Assembly: GCA_049965615.1 (NCBI GenBank)
Contig: JBMFWD010000013.1
Location: 2,337-66,336, forward strand
Direction: 5' to 3'
Length of the DNA stretch: 64,000 nucleotides
Source of the DNA: Acidobacteriaceae bacterium
GTDB taxonomy: Bacteria; Acidobacteriota; Terriglobia; Terriglobales; Acidobacteriaceae
Every line of letters starts with the position of its first letter. Position 1 is the stretch's first letter. A program made the position numbers and the translations under genes. Below the pieces are notes generated by a model. The model ran no database searches, was not told the DNA's origin, and was given only the letters and a program-made list of their open reading frames with translations. Positions 51,059 to 60,405 of the stretch are shown one piece after another.

Positions 51059-52213
51059 GTGAGCGATTGGGCTAAGAAGGGATTTGCGACGCGGGCGATT
51101 CATGCGGGTCAGGAGCCGGATGCGCAGACGGGGGCGGTGAATGTGCCGATTTATTTGACCTCGACGTATGCGCAGGAGGAGATCGGCAAGCATAAGGGGT
51201 GGGATTATTCGCGGGCGGGTAACCCGACGCGGGATGCGCTGGAAGTGAGCCTGGCGGCGCTGGAAGGCGGGACGAGCTCGCATGTGTTCGGCAGCGGCAT
51301 GGCTGCGATTACCGGGCTGATTACGATGATGCGCACGGGCGATCACGTGATTTGCGGCGAGAACGTGTACGGGGGCACGACGCGGATGTTTAACCAGGTG
51401 GCCGCGGGCTACGGGATTGAGTTTACGTACGTGGATACGTCGGACGTGGAGGCGGTGCGGAAAGCGATTCGGCCAGCGACGAAGCTGGTGCATATTGAGA
51501 CGCCGACGAATCCACTGATGACGCTGACGGATATTCGGGCGGTGGCGGATGTTTGCCATGAGCATGGGGTGGAGCTGAGCGTGGACAACACGTTTATGTC
51601 GCCTTATTTCCAGCGGCCGATTGAGTTTGGCGCGGACATTGTGATGCACTCGACGACGAAGTTTCTGAACGGGCACAGCGATGGGCTGGGCGGCGTGCTG
51701 GTGGGGACGAAGCCGGAGCACAAGGAGAAGTTTGCGTTTGTGCAGAAGTGCACGGGCGGGATTTTGTCACCGTTTGAGTGCTATTTGATTCTGCGGGGCG
51801 TGAAGACGCTGGCGGTGCGGATGAGGCAGCATGACGAGAACGGGCGCAAGGTGGCGGAGTTTCTTGCGAAGCACCCGAAGGTGCTGAAGGTGCATTATCC
51901 GGGGCTGGGGGCGCATCCGCAGCATGAGCTGGCGAAGCGGCAGATGAGCGGGTTCGGGTCGATGCTGGCGTTTGATCTGGGGTCGCTGGAGCAGGCGAAT
52001 GACCTGTTGAAGCGGGTGCGGGTATGCACGCTGGGCGAGTCGCTGGGCGGGGTGGAGACGCTGATTTCGCATCCGGCGACGATGACGCATGCGGCGATTG
52101 GCGCGGAGATGCGGGCGAAGCTGGGGATTACGGACGGGCTGGTGCGGATTTCGGTGGGGATTGAGGATGTGGATGACATCCTGGCGGACCTGGAGCAGGC
52201 GATGGGCGGCTGA
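51059..52213 (+). CDS. Cystathionine gamma-lyase/synthase family (MccB-like)
   Basis: YSRAGNPT, ETPTNP, VDNTF, HSTTKFLNGHSD, LGESLGGVETL. Confidence 0.92.
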   Translation: MSDWAKKGFATRAIHAGQEPDAQTGAVNVPIYLTSTYAQEEIGKHKGWDYSRAGNPTRDALEVSLAALEGGTSSHVFGSGMAAITGLITMMRTGDHVICGENVYGGTTRMFNQVAAGYGIEFTYVDTSDVEAVRKAIRPATKLVHIETPTNPLMTLTDIRAVADVCHEHGVELSVDNTFMSPYFQRPIEFGADIVMHSTTKFLNGHSDGLGGVLVGTKPEHKEKFAFVQKCTGGILSPFECYLILRGVKTLAVRMRQHDENGRKVAEFLAKHPKVLKVHYPGLGAHPQHELAKRQMSGFGSMLAFDLGSLEQANDLLKRVRVCTLGESLGGVETLISHPATMTHAAIGAEMRAKLGITDGLVRISVGIEDVDDILADLEQAMGG

Positions 52214-52228
52214 GAGATGCCTGCCTGC

Positions 52229-52447
52229 TTAAGCTGGCGGAAATGGTTCGCGCTTGGCGGAGCCGTCGCGCTGCTTGAGGAGGATTTCGATTTTGCCCTC
52301 AGCGGCTTCGAGGTGCTTGCGGCACTCTTCGGAGAGGCGTGAGCCCTCCTCGAAGATTTTGATGGCTTCTTCGAGGGGCAGATCGCCGCGTTCGAGCTGG
52401 GATACTAGCTCTTCGAGGCGCTTGAGTGATTCTTCAAAACTAGCCAA
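52229..52447 (-). CDS. xseB: Exodeoxyribonuclease VII small subunit
   Basis: [30 protein letters not shown]...C...L..AE.KI. Confidence 0.92.
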   Translation of the reverse strand: MASFEESLKRLEELVSQLERGDLPLEEAIKIFEEGSRLSEECRKHLEAAEGKIEILLKQRDGSAKREPFPPA

Positions 52448-54344
52448 CGGTGGTTGCCTCGGGTTTGGGTGAATTTTGCTTTGTATTTCTGCCGAGGACG
52501 ACGGAGAGGACGTCGGCGGCGGCGGAGTAGCGTCCGAAGGGCGCGCTGACCTGGGCTCCCTGCACCATGGGCATGGCGGTGAGGAGCATTTCCTGTGCGA
52601 TGCGGATGCCTTCGGCGCGAGCTTCTTCCGGCGTGGAGGCTCCCTGCATGCGGAGGAAGATACTGTCCGGCACGCTGACGCGGAGGTCGTTCTTCATGAA
52701 CTCGGCGTTGCGGAGGCTGGTAAGCGGCCAGATGCCGGCGATGATGGGGATGCGGAAGCCTTCGATGCGCTTGAGGAAGGTTTCGAGGATGCTGAGATCG
52801 AAGACGGGCTGAGTGATGGCGTATTCGGCGCCGGCCTCGACCTTGTAGGCGAAGCGGCGGATTTCGTTTTCAATGTCTGGCACGCCGGGGTTGGCGGCGC
52901 AGCCGATGGTGAAGCCGGTGGACTCGCCGATGGGATTGCCGCCGATGTCGAGACCGTGGTTGAGGCGGTTGACGATGTTGACGAGGCCGATGGCGTCCAC
53001 GTCGAAGACGGCGGTGGCGTCGGGGTAATTGCCGAGCTTGGGCGGATCTCCGGTGAGGCAGAGGATGTTTTTGAGGCCGATAGAGGATGCGCCAAGGAGG
53101 TCGCTCTGAATGCTGAGGACGTTGCGGTCGCGGCAGGTGTAGTGGAGGAGGGTCTCGATGCCGGCCTTTTGCTGTAGCTGGATGCAGAGGCTCTGGGCGC
53201 TCATGCGGGCCGAGGCGCGGGGCGAGTCCGGAATGTTGATGATGTGTACGCCGAGGGCGGCGAGGCTGGCCGCGCCTTCGATTTCCTTTTTGCAGTCGAT
53301 GCCGCGGGGCGGCACGATTTCGACCATGGTGACGAAGGCGCCGTCATGGATGAGCTTGCCGAGGCCGGAGCGCTCGGCGAGGGGCGCGGGTGGCGTTTCT
53401 GTGACGATGGACTCGCGAGTGGCGTGCGGGACGGCGGTTTTCTGGGCCTCTGAGGCGCGCAGAAAGGACTTCATGGCGCGGATGTGGTTGGGGGTGGTTC
53501 CGCAGCAGCCGCCGAGGAACTGGACGCCTGCTTTGTGGAACTTGCGGGCGAAGCTGGCCATGTACTCGGGTGAACAGAGGTAGATATTGCGGCCTTCGAT
53601 GGCCCGGGGCATGCCTGCGTTGGGCATGGCGGCGAGGGGCAGGCTGGTTCCGGCCGCCATGCCCTCGATGGCTGTGAGGACGGTGGCGGGGCCGGTGCTA
53701 CAGTTGACACCGACGGCGTCCGCGCCCCAGGCGGAGAGGCGGGTTGCGGCAATTTCGGGGGTGGTTCCGTCGAGGCAGCGGGCCTCTTCATCGACGGTGA
53801 CCATGACGATGACGGGGATGTCGGGTGCGATTTCGCGAACGGCGAGGAGGGCCTGTTCGGCCTCATTGAGGGCGGGGATGGTCTCGATGATGAGGAGGTC
53901 GGTTCCTCCGGCTACGAGGCCGCTGATTTGTTCGGCAAAGGCTGCCCGGGCTTCATCGAGGCCGACTTTGCCCAGGGGTTCGAGGCGGACGCCGAGGGGG
54001 CCGATGGAGCCGGCGACGAAGGCGCGGCCGGCCTGTTTTTCCTGAAGCTGGTTGACGGCGGCACGGGCGATGCGGATGCCGGCGGCGTTGATTTCAGCGA
54101 CTTTATCCTGCAGGCCGTAGCGGCGGAGGCGGAAGGAATTTGCCCCGAAGGTGTTGGTTTCAATGACTTCAGCGCCAGCCTGGAGGTATTCCTCATGGAT
54201 GGAGCGGACGAGGTCGGGCTGGGAGAGGTTGAGCTCGTCGTAGCAGCGGTTGATATAAACGCCGTGAGAGTAGAGACTGGTTCCCATAGCGCCGTCGCAG
54301 AGGACAGGGCGGTCACCGAACAAGGATTGAAGTCGATTGGTCAA
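52440..54344 (-). CDS. Bifunctional homocysteine S-methyltransferase / 5,10-methylene-THF reductase (YitJ-like)
   Basis: DGAMGT, GVNCS, GGCCGT, then an MTHFR domain ([21 protein letters not shown]). Confidence 0.93.
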   Translation of the reverse strand: MTNRLQSLFGDRPVLCDGAMGTSLYSHGVYINRCYDELNLSQPDLVRSIHEEYLQAGAEVIETNTFGANSFRLRRYGLQDKVAEINAAGIRIARAAVNQLQEKQAGRAFVAGSIGPLGVRLEPLGKVGLDEARAAFAEQISGLVAGGTDLLIIETIPALNEAEQALLAVREIAPDIPVIVMVTVDEEARCLDGTTPEIAATRLSAWGADAVGVNCSTGPATVLTAIEGMAAGTSLPLAAMPNAGMPRAIEGRNIYLCSPEYMASFARKFHKAGVQFLGGCCGTTPNHIRAMKSFLRASEAQKTAVPHATRESIVTETPPAPLAERSGLGKLIHDGAFVTMVEIVPPRGIDCKKEIEGAASLAALGVHIINIPDSPRASARMSAQSLCIQLQQKAGIETLLHYTCRDRNVLSIQSDLLGASSIGLKNILCLTGDPPKLGNYPDATAVFDVDAIGLVNIVNRLNHGLDIGGNPIGESTGFTIGCAANPGVPDIENEIRRFAYKVEAGAEYAITQPVFDLSILETFLKRIEGFRIPIIAGIWPLTSLRNAEFMKNDLRVSVPDSIFLRMQGASTPEEARAEGIRIAQEMLLTAMPMVQGAQVSAPFGRYSAAADVLSVVLGRNTKQNSPKPEATTVG

Positions 54345-54407
54345 GCAGAGGTCCTTGAGGAGATGCTAAGACAACCTCGGGGCGAACGCCAGCGGACCTT
54401 GCTGCTT
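54343..54407 (-). promoter_or_regulatory. Candidate cis-regulatory leader sequestering the RBS/start of the yitJ-like gene
   Basis: 12-bp outer helix with a 2-nt bulge enclosing two small hairpins; covers AAGGA and the TTG start. Confidence 0.4.
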
Positions 54408-54458
54408 TGTTATACTTGGCTATTCCACGCAGGATTGTGAGCTGGTGAGGTTTAAGGT

Positions 54459-55961
54459 TTGAAGAAGAGAAGTGTTGCGCGTGTTTCTGCTCTGGTGAGC
54501 GTTAGTTGTCTGGTCCTTTTGACGCTCGTAGCCTGCGGGAAAGATTACTTTTTGGCTGGTCGTTCGCTGCCTCCGAGCGGTGTTTTGAACCGTGTGCTCA
54601 TGGCGGAGCAGAACCCGGATTCGCTGCCGTTTGTGGATGCTTACTACGATGTTCGCCACAACACGACGGGCACGATCGGCCAGTTTGAGATCAGCAATTT
54701 CTCGGGGAAGCTGCCGGTTACGATTCAGAACCTGCCGGAGCAGCAGACGGGCGCTGTGTACAACGCCGGAAATGGCGCCTTGACGCTGGTAGATTATGCG
54801 GCGGAGAAGGTTTCGAATTCGATATCGATTCCGGGCGGCCTTTCCGATAGCATTTTTATTACGCGCGATCTGGGTTATGTGTACGCGGCCAATGACGCCA
54901 ATCATGTGGTGTCGGTTGTGGACCGGAAGGCGGGGGCATCGTATGTGCTGAACCTGCCGGGAGTGTACAGCGTGTCTGTGAGCCCGGGCGGGTCGATTGC
55001 ACTGGCGTTTGTGCAGAACAGCGACCAGGGGGCGAGCGAGTCGACCGCGAGTGGAACGCCTTACGGCAATTTTTCGGTTTACAGCATTGTGAAGCTGACG
55101 CAGGCGGAGTCATTGGCGGCGGCAAATAATCCGCATTACACGTATACGGACGCGAATGGGAACTCGAATACGGCGGAAGACTGCGAGCCGCAGAATCTAC
55201 CGGCTTATTGTATTTTCCCGGTGAGCACTGGGCCGAATGCGAAGTTTGTGCATCCGATGAAGGCGGTATTTTCTTCGGATGGTTCGACGGCTTACGTGCT
55301 GGATTGCGGTCCTGAGTGCGGGGGGAAGGAATCCGGGATTACAGCGATTCCGCTGACGGCGGGTTCGTTGAATCCGAACAGCATTGGTGCGAGCGGGATC
55401 AACCTGGTGGCGAGCACCTTTACGCCTATTCCGGGTGGGGCTACGGACGCGATCTTTAATGGCAATACTATGTATATCGCCGGGCAGCAGTGCCAGAATT
55501 TTGTGGCCGGGCAGCCGTGTGCAGGTTTGTTTACCGGTTACCTGACGGTGTTTGACACGACGACCGGTCAGATCCAGGGGCAGCCGATTGCGATCAGCGA
55601 CGGTTTCCACGACAAGATGGTGTTCGGGGATGACAACACGCTTTGGATTGGATCGAAGATCTGTAACGCCGGAGTTCGCTACCAGGAGGCGCAGGCCGGG
55701 CAGAATATAAATTATGGCTGCCTGACGATGTTCAATACGGGCACGAATACAGCGACGATTGATTCCTACAAGGGCGATGCGACGGGGATTGCCGCCGTGG
55801 GTACGTTACACAAGGTGTATACGGCGGAAGGCGGCCAAGTGTATATCTACAGCACAAAAGATATGTCTCAGTTGGATAACTCGAACGTGACGGTGGCCGG
55901 TACGGTGACGGATGTGGCCTATATGGACTCCGGCACGGATGCAGACAATACGTACTACTAG
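54459..55961 (+). CDS. Hypothetical lipoprotein, probable beta-propeller (YncE-like)
   Basis: Lipobox LVAC; repeated beta-strand blades; TGtTATACT at 54408-54416. Confidence 0.7.
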   Translation: MKKRSVARVSALVSVSCLVLLTLVACGKDYFLAGRSLPPSGVLNRVLMAEQNPDSLPFVDAYYDVRHNTTGTIGQFEISNFSGKLPVTIQNLPEQQTGAVYNAGNGALTLVDYAAEKVSNSISIPGGLSDSIFITRDLGYVYAANDANHVVSVVDRKAGASYVLNLPGVYSVSVSPGGSIALAFVQNSDQGASESTASGTPYGNFSVYSIVKLTQAESLAAANNPHYTYTDANGNSNTAEDCEPQNLPAYCIFPVSTGPNAKFVHPMKAVFSSDGSTAYVLDCGPECGGKESGITAIPLTAGSLNPNSIGASGINLVASTFTPIPGGATDAIFNGNTMYIAGQQCQNFVAGQPCAGLFTGYLTVFDTTTGQIQGQPIAISDGFHDKMVFGDDNTLWIGSKICNAGVRYQEAQAGQNINYGCLTMFNTGTNTATIDSYKGDATGIAAVGTLHKVYTAEGGQVYIYSTKDMSQLDNSNVTVAGTVTDVAYMDSGTDADNTYY

Positions 55962-55984
55962 AGCAGAGATCTCTGCATACAATG

Positions 55985-56014
55985 GGCACGGCGGATGGAT
56001 TCGCCGTGCCTTTT
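55985..56014 (+). terminator. Intrinsic terminator
   Basis: GGCACGGCGGA-TGGA-TTCGCCGTGCC followed by TTTT. Confidence 0.75.
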
Positions 56015-56034
56015 GCATTTGTGAGGAGCGAGTG

Positions 56035-56757
56035 ATGACTGTGGAGCCGATGGCGGATGTGCTGGCGATGGCGGCGCACCGGGACGACGTGGAGCAGACG
56101 TGCGGCGGAACGCTGCTGAAGATGCGTGCGCAGGGATACCGGACGGCGATTCTGGACATGACGCGGGGTGAGGCGGGCACGCGGGGATCGGCGGCAGAGC
56201 GCGAGGCCGAGGCAAAGGCTGCGGCGGCGCTGCTGGGGGTGAGCTGGCGGGATGCTCTGGATATTCCGGATGGGGATGTCGAGAACACTTACGCGAACCG
56301 GCTGAAGATTGTGGACGTGCTGCGGAAGGTGCGTCCGCGGGTGGTGATTCTGCCGTACTGGACAGGCCGGCATCCGGACCACTACACGACGTCGACGCTG
56401 GGGTATGAGGCGTGTTTTCTGGCGGGGCTGGCGAAGGTGGATACGGGATTGCCGTCGCATCGGCCATTCAAGATTCTGTACGCGAGCCTTTATGCGGAGG
56501 TGCGGCCGAGCTTTGTGGTGGACATTACGCCGTACATTGAGGATCGGCACCGGGCGCTGATGGCTTATACGTCGCAGTATGCGAACCAGGCGGAGGGCAG
56601 CGGGCTGTTTGTGCCGGAGGAAGAGATTCGGGAGCGGACGTTTGCGATGGCGCGTTATTTCGGACTGCTGGCGGGGGTTCGGTATGCGGAGCCGTTTGTG
56701 CAGAAGGAAGTGGGGCTGGTGGAGGATGTGGCGATGCTGGGTGTTGCTTCGATTTGA
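56035..56757 (+). CDS. bshB1: PIG-L family deacetylase, BshB1-like (bacillithiol synthesis)
   Basis: AAHRDDVEQTCGG, RHPDH, YTSQY, YAEPF. Confidence 0.8.
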   Translation: MTVEPMADVLAMAAHRDDVEQTCGGTLLKMRAQGYRTAILDMTRGEAGTRGSAAEREAEAKAAAALLGVSWRDALDIPDGDVENTYANRLKIVDVLRKVRPRVVILPYWTGRHPDHYTTSTLGYEACFLAGLAKVDTGLPSHRPFKILYASLYAEVRPSFVVDITPYIEDRHRALMAYTSQYANQAEGSGLFVPEEEIRERTFAMARYFGLLAGVRYAEPFVQKEVGLVEDVAMLGVASI

Positions 56758-56766
56758 GGGGTCGCG

Positions 56767-58518
56767 TCAGGGGCTGGGTTTCTGGAGGTCGGCAATTTCG
56801 AGTTCGAGGCCGCCGTACTCGGGGTGTTCGTTTAGGCGCAGTCGATAGGCGATGTGGAGGAACTCGTCCTGCTGGAGGTTGAGGGCGGCGACACGTTCTG
56901 CCCAGTGCCAGCCGAGGGCGGAGTAGCGGGTGCCGCGCGGTCCCTGGGCCAGGTTGAGGCGGACGTGCTTTTCCTTGAGTGTGCGGACGGGGCTGGCGAG
57001 GCGGACGTTGCGTGCGATGAAGACGGGTTCCGGATTGCCCATGCCGAAGGGTTCGATGCGACGCAGCCAGGAGTATAGAGCGGGCGTGATGTGATCGAGG
57101 GGCAGCTCGGCATGGCAGGTGAGGGGACCGGCGAGGTCATCGTCTGTGATTCGGGTGCGGGCGTGTTCGACAAGGTGGGCGCGGAGCTCGGGGACGCGGT
57201 CTGAGGGCAGCGAAAAGCCGACGGCATGAGCGTGGCCGCCGAAGCGGGTGAAGAGCTGGGCGCAGCTTTCGAGAGCGTCGAGGAGGTGGTAGCCCTCGAT
57301 GGAGCGCCCGGAACCGTGGGCTTCGCCATTTTCGTGCGTGATGACGAGGGCCGGCTTGCCGGTTTGATCGATGATGCGGGAGGCGATGATGCCGATGACG
57401 CCGCGATGCCATCCGTCGCCATCGATGACGATGCAGCGTGCGTCTGCAAATTCGGGTTGGGCGAGTTGCGCGGTGATCTGGTCGAGAATGGAGGCTTCCT
57501 TTTCGCGGCGCTCTGTGTTGAGCCGTTCGAGCCGTGCCGCGAGTTGGTGGGCGCGTGCCGAGTCGCGGGTGATGAATAACTCGATGACTTCCGAGGCGAT
57601 ATCCATGCGGCCCGCGGCGTTGATGCGTGGGGCGATCCGGAAAGCTACGTCTGTTGCTGTGAGTGGGCGTGTCGCGGTGTCGAGTTTGGCTTCCTGCATG
57701 AGTGCGCGGAGTCCGAGTCCTACGGGCCGGCGGAGTTCCTTGAGGCCGATGGCGACGATGGCGCGATTTTCGCCGAGCAAGGGGACGGAGTCGGCAATGG
57801 TGGCGATGGCGAGCAGTTTGAGGAAGGACGGGAGAATTTTGGTGCGGGCGCGTTCGGGGTCCTTCTTCTCAAGCAGGGCCTGAGAGAGTTTGAAGGCGAC
57901 GCCGGCGCCGCAGAGGAATTTGCAGGGGTAGGAGCAGCCGGCCTGGTTGGGGTTGAGGACGGCGAGGGCCTGGGGGATGCCCTGGGTTGCTTCCGGGAGG
58001 TGGTGGTCGGTGACGATGAGATCGAGGCCGAGCGAGGCAGCTGCATCAGCAGCAGCGAAGGCGCGGATGCCGGTGTCGACGCTGATGACGAGGCGGACGC
58101 CGTCTGCTGCTGCATTTGCGAGAATTTCGCTCTGCATGCCGTAGCCCTCGCGGAGGCGATGGGGCACGTGGAAGCGGACTGTGCCACCGAGCGATTCGAT
58201 GGCAGTTTTGAGGAGGACGGTGGCGGTGGTGCCGTCTACGTCGTAGTCGCCGTAGATGAGCATGGATTCGCCGCGTGCGATGGCCTGCTCGATGCGCTCG
58301 ACGGCCGGGGCCATGCCTTGCATGGCATAGGGATCGAGGAGGTGGTCGAGGCCGGGCGCGAGAAACGACGAGGCTTCAGAGGCGGAGGATACGCCGCGCG
58401 CGGAGAGGAGTTCTGCGATGAGATGGGGCAGGCGCGCTTCGTGAGCGAGCGAGGCGACCTGTGTGGGGTCCACCTGAGGGAGCAGCCAGCGGCGGGGCCG
58501 GAGGGTGGTAGGCGTCAC
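56767..58518 (-). CDS. recJ: ssDNA-specific exonuclease RecJ
   Basis: YGDYDVDG, REGYG, VDTG, TDHH, PRINAAGRM, GSGRS, FGGHAHAVG. Confidence 0.96.
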   Translation of the reverse strand: MTPTTLRPRRWLLPQVDPTQVASLAHEARLPHLIAELLSARGVSSASEASSFLAPGLDHLLDPYAMQGMAPAVERIEQAIARGESMLIYGDYDVDGTTATVLLKTAIESLGGTVRFHVPHRLREGYGMQSEILANAAADGVRLVISVDTGIRAFAAADAAASLGLDLIVTDHHLPEATQGIPQALAVLNPNQAGCSYPCKFLCGAGVAFKLSQALLEKKDPERARTKILPSFLKLLAIATIADSVPLLGENRAIVAIGLKELRRPVGLGLRALMQEAKLDTATRPLTATDVAFRIAPRINAAGRMDIASEVIELFITRDSARAHQLAARLERLNTERREKEASILDQITAQLAQPEFADARCIVIDGDGWHRGVIGIIASRIIDQTGKPALVITHENGEAHGSGRSIEGYHLLDALESCAQLFTRFGGHAHAVGFSLPSDRVPELRAHLVEHARTRITDDDLAGPLTCHAELPLDHITPALYSWLRRIEPFGMGNPEPVFIARNVRLASPVRTLKEKHVRLNLAQGPRGTRYSALGWHWAERVAALNLQQDEFLHIAYRLRLNEHPEYGGLELEIADLQKPSP

Positions 58519-58994
58519 AGGAGGCTGTCGTCATCTCCCTGTTCGAAGACGATATCGCTCAGATCGTCAATGCTGTCGAGGAGCCACTGATACTGCTCGT
58601 ACCATTCAGTGGTGGTTTCATGGACGAACATGACACCCTGGTGGGCGAAGCCAAGCTGGAGGAAGCCGATTTTGCCGGCGTGGGCCTTGAGTGCCTGGAC
58701 CTGATCGAAGTCCATGTCGGTGGTTTCCTGATCGGGTAGATCGAACTCATGCATTTGATCCATGAGCATATCGACGTCATCCGCTTTGAGGACGACTTCC
58801 GACATGGTCAGGAATGCTGCTCCGGCAGCTTTTGCGGTTTCGACAAATTCTTTCCATCCGTCGGGATTGTTTTCGTCCTCCCAGAGGACGGATGGAATGT
58901 CTTCGCTGATAAAGGCAGGGATGCGGCGGAGGCCGTGGCCCGCGATGTAAGCGATCATGTCGTCTTTGAGACTGAGCAAACTATCGGAAATCAT
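58515..58994 (-). CDS. Hypothetical acidic protein coupled to recJ
   Basis: 159-aa ORF from MISDSLL; GTGA overlap with the recJ start. Confidence 0.75.
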   Translation of the reverse strand: MISDSLLSLKDDMIAYIAGHGLRRIPAFISEDIPSVLWEDENNPDGWKEFVETAKAAGAAFLTMSEVVLKADDVDMLMDQMHEFDLPDQETTDMDFDQVQALKAHAGKIGFLQLGFAHQGVMFVHETTTEWYEQYQWLLDSIDDLSDIVFEQGDDDSLL

Positions 58995-59102
58995 ATGGCT
59001 CTCCCATTGTCGCAGAAGCGATGGTGCGGGTCGCAAGTGGAGCCAGTGCGTGGAGCGCAGCGTGGGCAGGCGCGGCCGTATGCTATATTTTGAACAAGAT
59101 AC

Positions 59103-59381
59103 ATGATTTTTTCGCGCGATTACGTCGATTATCTGGCCCGCCGCACCGTAAAACACCTTCTGGAAGCGAAGATGATCCGCACCGACAAGGTGAAGATGGT
59201 GGAGGAGCGGGTCTACAAGGCTCTGCTGGAAGAGCTGTCCCTGGAGGACCGCATCAATGAAGAGGTGCGCGTGATTCTGGAAGCCTACCAGGAGGAGATG
59301 CGCCGAACGGGCGCAAGCTATCCGGAGATGTTCAAGAAGGTGAAGATGGAACTGGCCCGGAAATACAAGGCGGTGCTGTGA
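59103..59381 (+). CDS. DUF507 family protein
   Basis: EDRINEEVRVIL..Y.EMFKKVK.ELA pattern. Confidence 0.8.
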   Translation: MIFSRDYVDYLARRTVKHLLEAKMIRTDKVKMVEERVYKALLEELSLEDRINEEVRVILEAYQEEMRRTGASYPEMFKKVKMELARKYKAVL

Positions 59382-59659
59382 GGATCAGCCGGGACAAGTT
59401 GAACAAGCTGGCCCACACGGTGGCCGATACGCTGGCGGAGATTGACGAAGTGGAGTTCCAGGAGGACCGGAACACGATTCGGCAGGAAGCGCGCAAGGCG
59501 ATGGAGCACGATCTGCTGGAAGAGATGAAGATTGACGAGGCGGCCCGGCGGAAGATCGAGTCGCAGCGGAGGATCATCCTCGAAGGCAGCCAGGAGTGGG
59601 ACATTCTTTACCGAAAGTACTACACGGACGAAGTAAAGAAGCTGGGCATCGATCACTAG
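59378..59659 (+). CDS. DUF507 family protein (second paralog)
   Basis: MRISRDK..LAH, EGSQEWDILYRKYY..E; GTGA overlap. Confidence 0.8.
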   Translation: MRISRDKLNKLAHTVADTLAEIDEVEFQEDRNTIRQEARKAMEHDLLEEMKIDEAARRKIESQRRIILEGSQEWDILYRKYYTDEVKKLGIDH

Positions 59660-59702
59660 GTTGTTTGCGGCTGAAGTGGCCCGCCTGACGGACCTGCAAT
59701 TT

Positions 59703-59711
59703 TGTTATACT
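59703..59711 (+). promoter_or_regulatory. Extended -10 (TGtTATACT) of the tRNA promoter
   Basis: About 50 nt upstream of the tRNA 5' end. Confidence 0.45.
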
Positions 59712-59763
59712 CAACCAGTTGGCTCTTCACCTGAGTTGGGTTGAGGGCAGCATCCTTCCTTAC

Positions 59764-59840
<77 letters not shown>

Positions 59841-59901
59841 AAATCCTAATGATGATTGATGTTCTACTTCAGCTTCTCTGTTGCGGGCCTGTTATGTCTT
59901 T

Positions 59902-60288
59902 TTAGCCGTTGACCATGCGGATGAGTTCGCCTACGGTGCGTGCGGCCTCGACGGGATGGCGGAGATGGGGTTCGCTGCGGACTGCGTAGAGGTTGCGGCG
60001 ACCTTGCCTGGTGATGACGAGATAGCCGCCTTCCCGCAACTCGTCAATGATGCGCTGGACGGCGCGCTCGGTGATGCCGACGTGATCAGCGAGGTCGCGC
60101 ATGCGAATTTCGGGATCGCGGGCGATGAGCAGCAATACGTGCGAGTGGTTGGTGAGGAATGTCCAGGCGTTTTTTTGCTGCACTGGCTGGAGCGTTTGCG
60201 GCGCAGATTCCTGTGCCTGGTGTGCGGAGGTCTGGACGCGGGATCTTGGTAGAGATCTGAGGGTGGGTTTGCGTAGGCTGTTCGGCAT
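59902..60288 (-). CDS. Winged helix-turn-helix transcriptional regulator (WTFLTNH type)
   Basis: WTFLTNHSHVL..IARDP..RMRDLADHVGITERAVQRII.EL.EGGYL...RQGRRN.Y. Confidence 0.88.
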   Translation of the reverse strand: MPNSLRKPTLRSLPRSRVQTSAHQAQESAPQTLQPVQQKNAWTFLTNHSHVLLLIARDPEIRMRDLADHVGITERAVQRIIDELREGGYLVITRQGRRNLYAVRSEPHLRHPVEAARTVGELIRMVNG

Positions 60289-60333
60289 GGGCGGGTTGAC
60301 CTCATTAAAGGCGATTCGCTAGACGCGATTTGT

Positions 60334-60359
60334 AATATACGAAATATATATCGTATATT
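60334..60359. promoter_or_regulatory. Palindromic operator / bidirectional promoter core
   Basis: AATATACGA-N8-TCGTATATT perfect inverted repeat centred in the regulator-icd gap. Confidence 0.65.
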
Positions 60360-60405
60360 GAATCTCGGAGATGATTACAAGTTTAGCTCCTGGAGGAAAC
60401 AGTCG

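Noticed and set aside
52229-52447. xseB without xseA as an orphan nuclease system
   Set aside because: xseA and xseB are routinely unlinked in bacteria
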